Of a stretch of 64,000 bases of DNA, positions 60,910 through 64,000 are shown in pieces (within the stretch, counting starts at the first letter, position 1; every line of letters begins with the position of its first letter). The notes under the pieces were generated by a model. The model did no database searches, had not been told where the DNA came from, and saw nothing but the letters and a program-made list of their open reading frames with translations. This stretch comes from an uncultured Candidatus Saccharibacteria bacterium (GTDB taxonomy: Bacteria > Patescibacteriota > Minisyncoccia > Phycocordibacterales > UBA9973): the NCBI GenBank assembly GCA_964402895.1, contig CAYODR010000001.1:123002-187001 (forward strand), in the 5' to 3' direction. The translations under genes and the position numbers were made by a program.

Positions 60910-61545
60910 CTATTCCTCGTCTTGTTCTTTTTTACCTTTCTTTTCTACTTCAACAGAACTTACATCAAGCACTAAATCTTCTTTTTCTTCAGCGAAAGGA
61001 GTTACAAGTGCTACTGCTTCATCAGCGTTAGTGATAAGAGATACACCAGAAGGAAGCTTAAGGTCACCTGCTTTGATTTGATCTTCAAGAGTATTGAGGA
61101 CTGACACATCAACTTCAATTGATTGTGGAATGTTTGCTGGCAGAGATTTTACTAATACTTCATGTAAAACTTTCACCAATGTTCCAAGACCATTTTTTTC
61201 TGCTTCTGCAATTCCTATAAATTCAAGTGGAATTGTGATTTCAAGCTCTTGTTTCATATCAACCTTAAAGAAATCAACATGAATAGGATTACCATAAATC
61301 GCATCTCTTTGAATATCTTTAATAATTACCGGGATTTTTTCAGCACCAATCATAAGATCAAGAGTAGCAGTTTCTCCTGCTTCTTTATAAACCTTAGCAA
61401 ATTCTTTTGCATCAATCACAACTGACACAGCGTCAGACCCTTGTCCGTAATATACAGCGGGGATTTTGTCAGCGGCACGAAGTGCGCTCAATGTTTCTTT
61501 TCTTTGTTCTGCAGATAATGTAATCATAGTGGCAATACTATACAC
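60910..61545 (-). CDS. rplY: 50S ribosomal protein L25 / general stress protein Ctc
   Basis: ...RKETLSALRAADKIPAVYYGQG... and IQRDAIYGNPIHVDFFKV, with an acidic C-terminal tail. Confidence 0.8.
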   Translation of the reverse strand: MYSIATMITLSAEQRKETLSALRAADKIPAVYYGQGSDAVSVVIDAKEFAKVYKEAGETATLDLMIGAEKIPVIIKDIQRDAIYGNPIHVDFFKVDMKQELEITIPLEFIGIAEAEKNGLGTLVKVLHEVLVKSLPANIPQSIEVDVSVLNTLEDQIKAGDLKLPSGVSLITNADEAVALVTPFAEEKEDLVLDVSSVEVEKKGKKEQDEE

Positions 61546-61574
61546 AATAAAGACTTTTTTGTCTACTGTGTAAA

Positions 61575-63221
61575 TTAGTTATTTTTAATAATGTATTTTT
61601 TGATATCTTCAACTGTTCCCCCTACCTTTTTATTAGGATTAAAGATATTTAATGGGTCAAAAATGTCTTTTATTTGAGAAAAAATCTTTATAATCTCAGG
61701 ACTATATACATAATGAAGATAAGGAGTACGCACAATACCATCATTATGCTCGGCTGTAGTTGAGCCATTATAATCAGCAACTAATTTATAAACTTTATCA
61801 GATAATTCTAAAATAATATCTGATGAAAGTGGATTATTTAAGTCCATAAGCGGAATGATATGGAAATTACCATTACCAGCGTGCCCAGCTATTGTATATA
61901 TCAAATTATACTCACTGAGAATTGATTGAAGTTTTGGAAAGAATTCTGGTAATACATGTGGATTAACTACGATATCGTCTATAAACGGTGCTGTCCTCTT
62001 TCCTTTAATATGATTACGCAGTAAATTAAAACTCTCTCTGCGAATCTTCCAATATTTTTCAGATTCTGCAGCACTTTTAGCGATATGTGTTTTATATTTA
62101 AATTTTCTTAAAGCATTTTTAATTACTTTCGCTCTGTGTAATACTACCGGTTCATTATCTCCCGTAACTTCTATCATGATAACCATCTTGGGTACGCCTC
62201 CGGTGAGTACTTTAACAATATCTGGGATAAATTGTATAGCAAGCTTAAGTGCTCCCACAATTCCCATTTGTTTAAAGAAACCGCCTGCAAATCTAATAGC
62301 CAATCTCATACTATAATCATCATAGCTTTCAAGACTTTCTGGCTCATATTTCATAATCTCATCAACAATGTCTCCGACCCTATTTATATCTGTAAGATAC
62401 ATCACCACCATACGAGAGTATTTTGGTATAGGGACAAGTCCAAGCTCTACCTCTGTAGTGATACCCAGTGTTCCTTGCGCTCCAACAAATAATTGGTTCA
62501 GGTCAAAAATACCAGTCTCTCTGTCCCAAACATTCCAAATACCATATCCTGCAGAATTTTTATTTACATCAGGCTTAGCGGATTTTATAAGATCATAATT
62601 TTTTTCTATGAGTTTATATACTTGTCTATATACAAGCGCTTCAAAATTACGCTTACGCATTTTCTTTTTTAAATCCTCAAGTGAAAGCGGTAGTACTTCG
62701 TATTCGTTTCCATCAGCAAAAACAACCTTTTGTCTTCTCACATATTTTTCAACCTTTCCATACTTAATACTTTTCTCACCACCAGCATTATTGGCTACCA
62801 TTCCACCAAGCGCGCATAAATCTTTTGATCCTGTATAAGCCGGCATTACACGACGAAGTCTAAGAGTTTCTTTTTCAAAATCACGATAAAAAGTACCAGG
62901 TTCAGCAACTCCATACTCATAATTAACTTCATGGATTTTATTCATGTGTTTTGTAAAATCCAAAATGATAGAATCATTTATTGGACCTCCGCTCATATCA
63001 GTACCAGCACCTCTAGCCGTAATAGACAAAGATGGGTCTAAATCTTTATTTTCACTTACATACTTTACGATATTTTGTATATCTTCTGTATTTTTTGGAA
63101 AAATAACTGCTTCAGGTTTTATTTCAAAAAGACTAGCGTCACGAGAGTATTTTTGAAGAGTATTTTCATCAGCATAAATATCGCCATCAATCTTTTTTTG
63201 CAAATCTGAAACATTCAACAT
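61575..63221 (-). CDS. FAD-linked oxidase (FAD_binding_4 plus FAD-oxidase C-terminal domain; GlcD/D-lactate dehydrogenase-like)
   Basis: ...ITARGAGTDMSGGPINDSIILDF... FAD-binding PCMH-type domain. Confidence 0.8.
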   Translation of the reverse strand: MLNVSDLQKKIDGDIYADENTLQKYSRDASLFEIKPEAVIFPKNTEDIQNIVKYVSENKDLDPSLSITARGAGTDMSGGPINDSIILDFTKHMNKIHEVNYEYGVAEPGTFYRDFEKETLRLRRVMPAYTGSKDLCALGGMVANNAGGEKSIKYGKVEKYVRRQKVVFADGNEYEVLPLSLEDLKKKMRKRNFEALVYRQVYKLIEKNYDLIKSAKPDVNKNSAGYGIWNVWDRETGIFDLNQLFVGAQGTLGITTEVELGLVPIPKYSRMVVMYLTDINRVGDIVDEIMKYEPESLESYDDYSMRLAIRFAGGFFKQMGIVGALKLAIQFIPDIVKVLTGGVPKMVIMIEVTGDNEPVVLHRAKVIKNALRKFKYKTHIAKSAAESEKYWKIRRESFNLLRNHIKGKRTAPFIDDIVVNPHVLPEFFPKLQSILSEYNLIYTIAGHAGNGNFHIIPLMDLNNPLSSDIILELSDKVYKLVADYNGSTTAEHNDGIVRTPYLHYVYSPEIIKIFSQIKDIFDPLNIFNPNKKVGGTVEDIKKYIIKNN

Positions 63222-63267
63222 GTGATAATTGTATCACAAAAATTTTTTCTTTAAATTCTGTGGAATA

Positions 63268-64000
63268 CTAGGCGGCACAGCGGACATATCGATTGGTGGG
63301 TGTCCCTATATTAATTACACCACTACCAAAGGTAAGATGATAAGCTTCAAAACCAGATGTACTACTAAGGGTAGCAGACCAATAAGTAGTAGTTGTTCCA
63401 ATAGTAAATCCTAAATTACCGCCCTCAGCTCCATAATCATTGATAGCTTTAAGTATTTCAATTGAAACAAGTCTTTTGCCAACATTAGAACATCTTAAAA
63501 TTGCGGTGGCATAATTAGTAATACCTCCGTTGTTTCCAGTATCAAGTGTCATTACCCCCTGAGCATCAACTGCGTAATGTCTTTCATTAAAATAAACTGC
63601 TACACCAAAGTTCTTGGTCTCAAGAGAGTCTGCTGCAAAAAAATTATCGATTAGTGGTACATCACTTGTCCTCACCACGCACCTGACCCTATCTGCTCCT
63701 GCAATACTTACGAGCGCATCTATCATAGGCTGTATTGAAGAATGTGCTGATACGCCTGTTTTATTGTATGTACAAAGTCCTGCAAAAGTACCATTGTCTG
63801 CGTGGTACATGATGGCTTGAGTTTGAAGATTCTTTAGATTGGACTTTATTGCTGCTACTCTGCCACTAGTGCGAGCTGAGTTTAAAGATGCGATGATGAC
63901 TCCTGCGAGTATTCCGATGATTGCAATAACTACTAGGAGTTCAATCAGAGTGAAGGCGTAACTTTTAGTGGTATACCCCCCCATTTGCCTTTTAGAGTCC
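63268..64000 (-). CDS. Type IV pilin-like protein with a C-terminal CLec/FGE-like domain (pilin-CLec paralog 3). It is 5'-partial: the start codon lies beyond the window end.
   Basis: In-frame upstream sequence ...DSKRQMGGYTTKSYA|[20 protein letters not shown]-terminus ...NVGKRLVSIEILKAINDY...YWSATLSS...GTPTNRYVRCAA. Confidence 0.75.
   Translation of the reverse strand, partial: DSKRQMGGYTTKSYAFTLIELLVVIAIIGILAGVIIASLNSARTSGRVAAIKSNLKNLQTQAIMYHADNGTFAGLCTYNKTGVSAHSSIQPMIDALVSIAGADRVRCVVRTSDVPLIDNFFAADSLETKNFGVAVYFNERHYAVDAQGVMTLDTGNNGGITNYATAILRCSNVGKRLVSIEILKAINDYGAEGGNLGFTIGTTTTYWSATLSSTSGFEAYHLTFGSGVINIGTPTNRYVRCAA
63936..63942 (-). repeat. Poly-G tract (7 nt) at the GGY codons of this pilin
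   Basis: The plus strand shows ccccccc; the gene is in frame. Confidence 0.6.

Overview
AT-rich (~32% GC) bacterial chromosomal window read with the standard genetic code. Gene content and style (many type IV pilin-like genes, small proteins, compact genes) suggest a reduced-genome Candidate Phyla Radiation (CPR)/Patescibacteria-like bacterium. Housekeeping content: ftsW-murG, murJ, ddl, leuS, a pentose-phosphate/glycolysis block (split transketolase, rpe, rpiB, gap, PfkB kinase), a complete F1Fo ATP synthase operon (atpIBEFHAGDC), mraZ-rsmH-ftsL-ftsI, greA, a PBP2 gene, ribosomal proteins L27, L9, L31 and L25, prfA, rsmI, ctpA, lexA with a Cheo-type SOS box, a two-component system, thyA/ogt/DNPH1-like nucleotide-repair genes, and tRNA-Glu, tRNA-Ala and tRNA-Ile. 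The accessory layer is the interesting part. There are seven paralogous type IV pilin-like genes, all on the minus strand. Three carry a C-terminal C-type-lectin (CLec)/FGE-like domain ending ...VRCAA, which is the fold class used by diversity-generating retroelement (DGR) targets. A full-length DGR-type reverse transcriptase (strong similarity to Bordetella bRT) sits between two of the pilins. Its conserved IGNxxSQ glutamine codon is replaced by an in-frame TAG. No template repeat (TR) or avd was found in the window. Every pilin has a poly-G tract of 6-8 nt at the same Gly-Gly-Tyr codons, and one copy (48485..49184) is out of frame, which looks like slipped-strand phase variation. Three pilin 5' regions carry paired ~100-nt hairpin elements: six copies in two subtypes, sharing the core GGCTGACTGAGCCGAG, with compensatory stem changes, found in both orientations and overlapping the pilin -35 boxes. 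Further oddities: a degraded duplicate of the gap 3' end, a degenerate tRNA-Ile copy, a GC-rich structured element after tRNA-Glu, and apparent thyA lesions.
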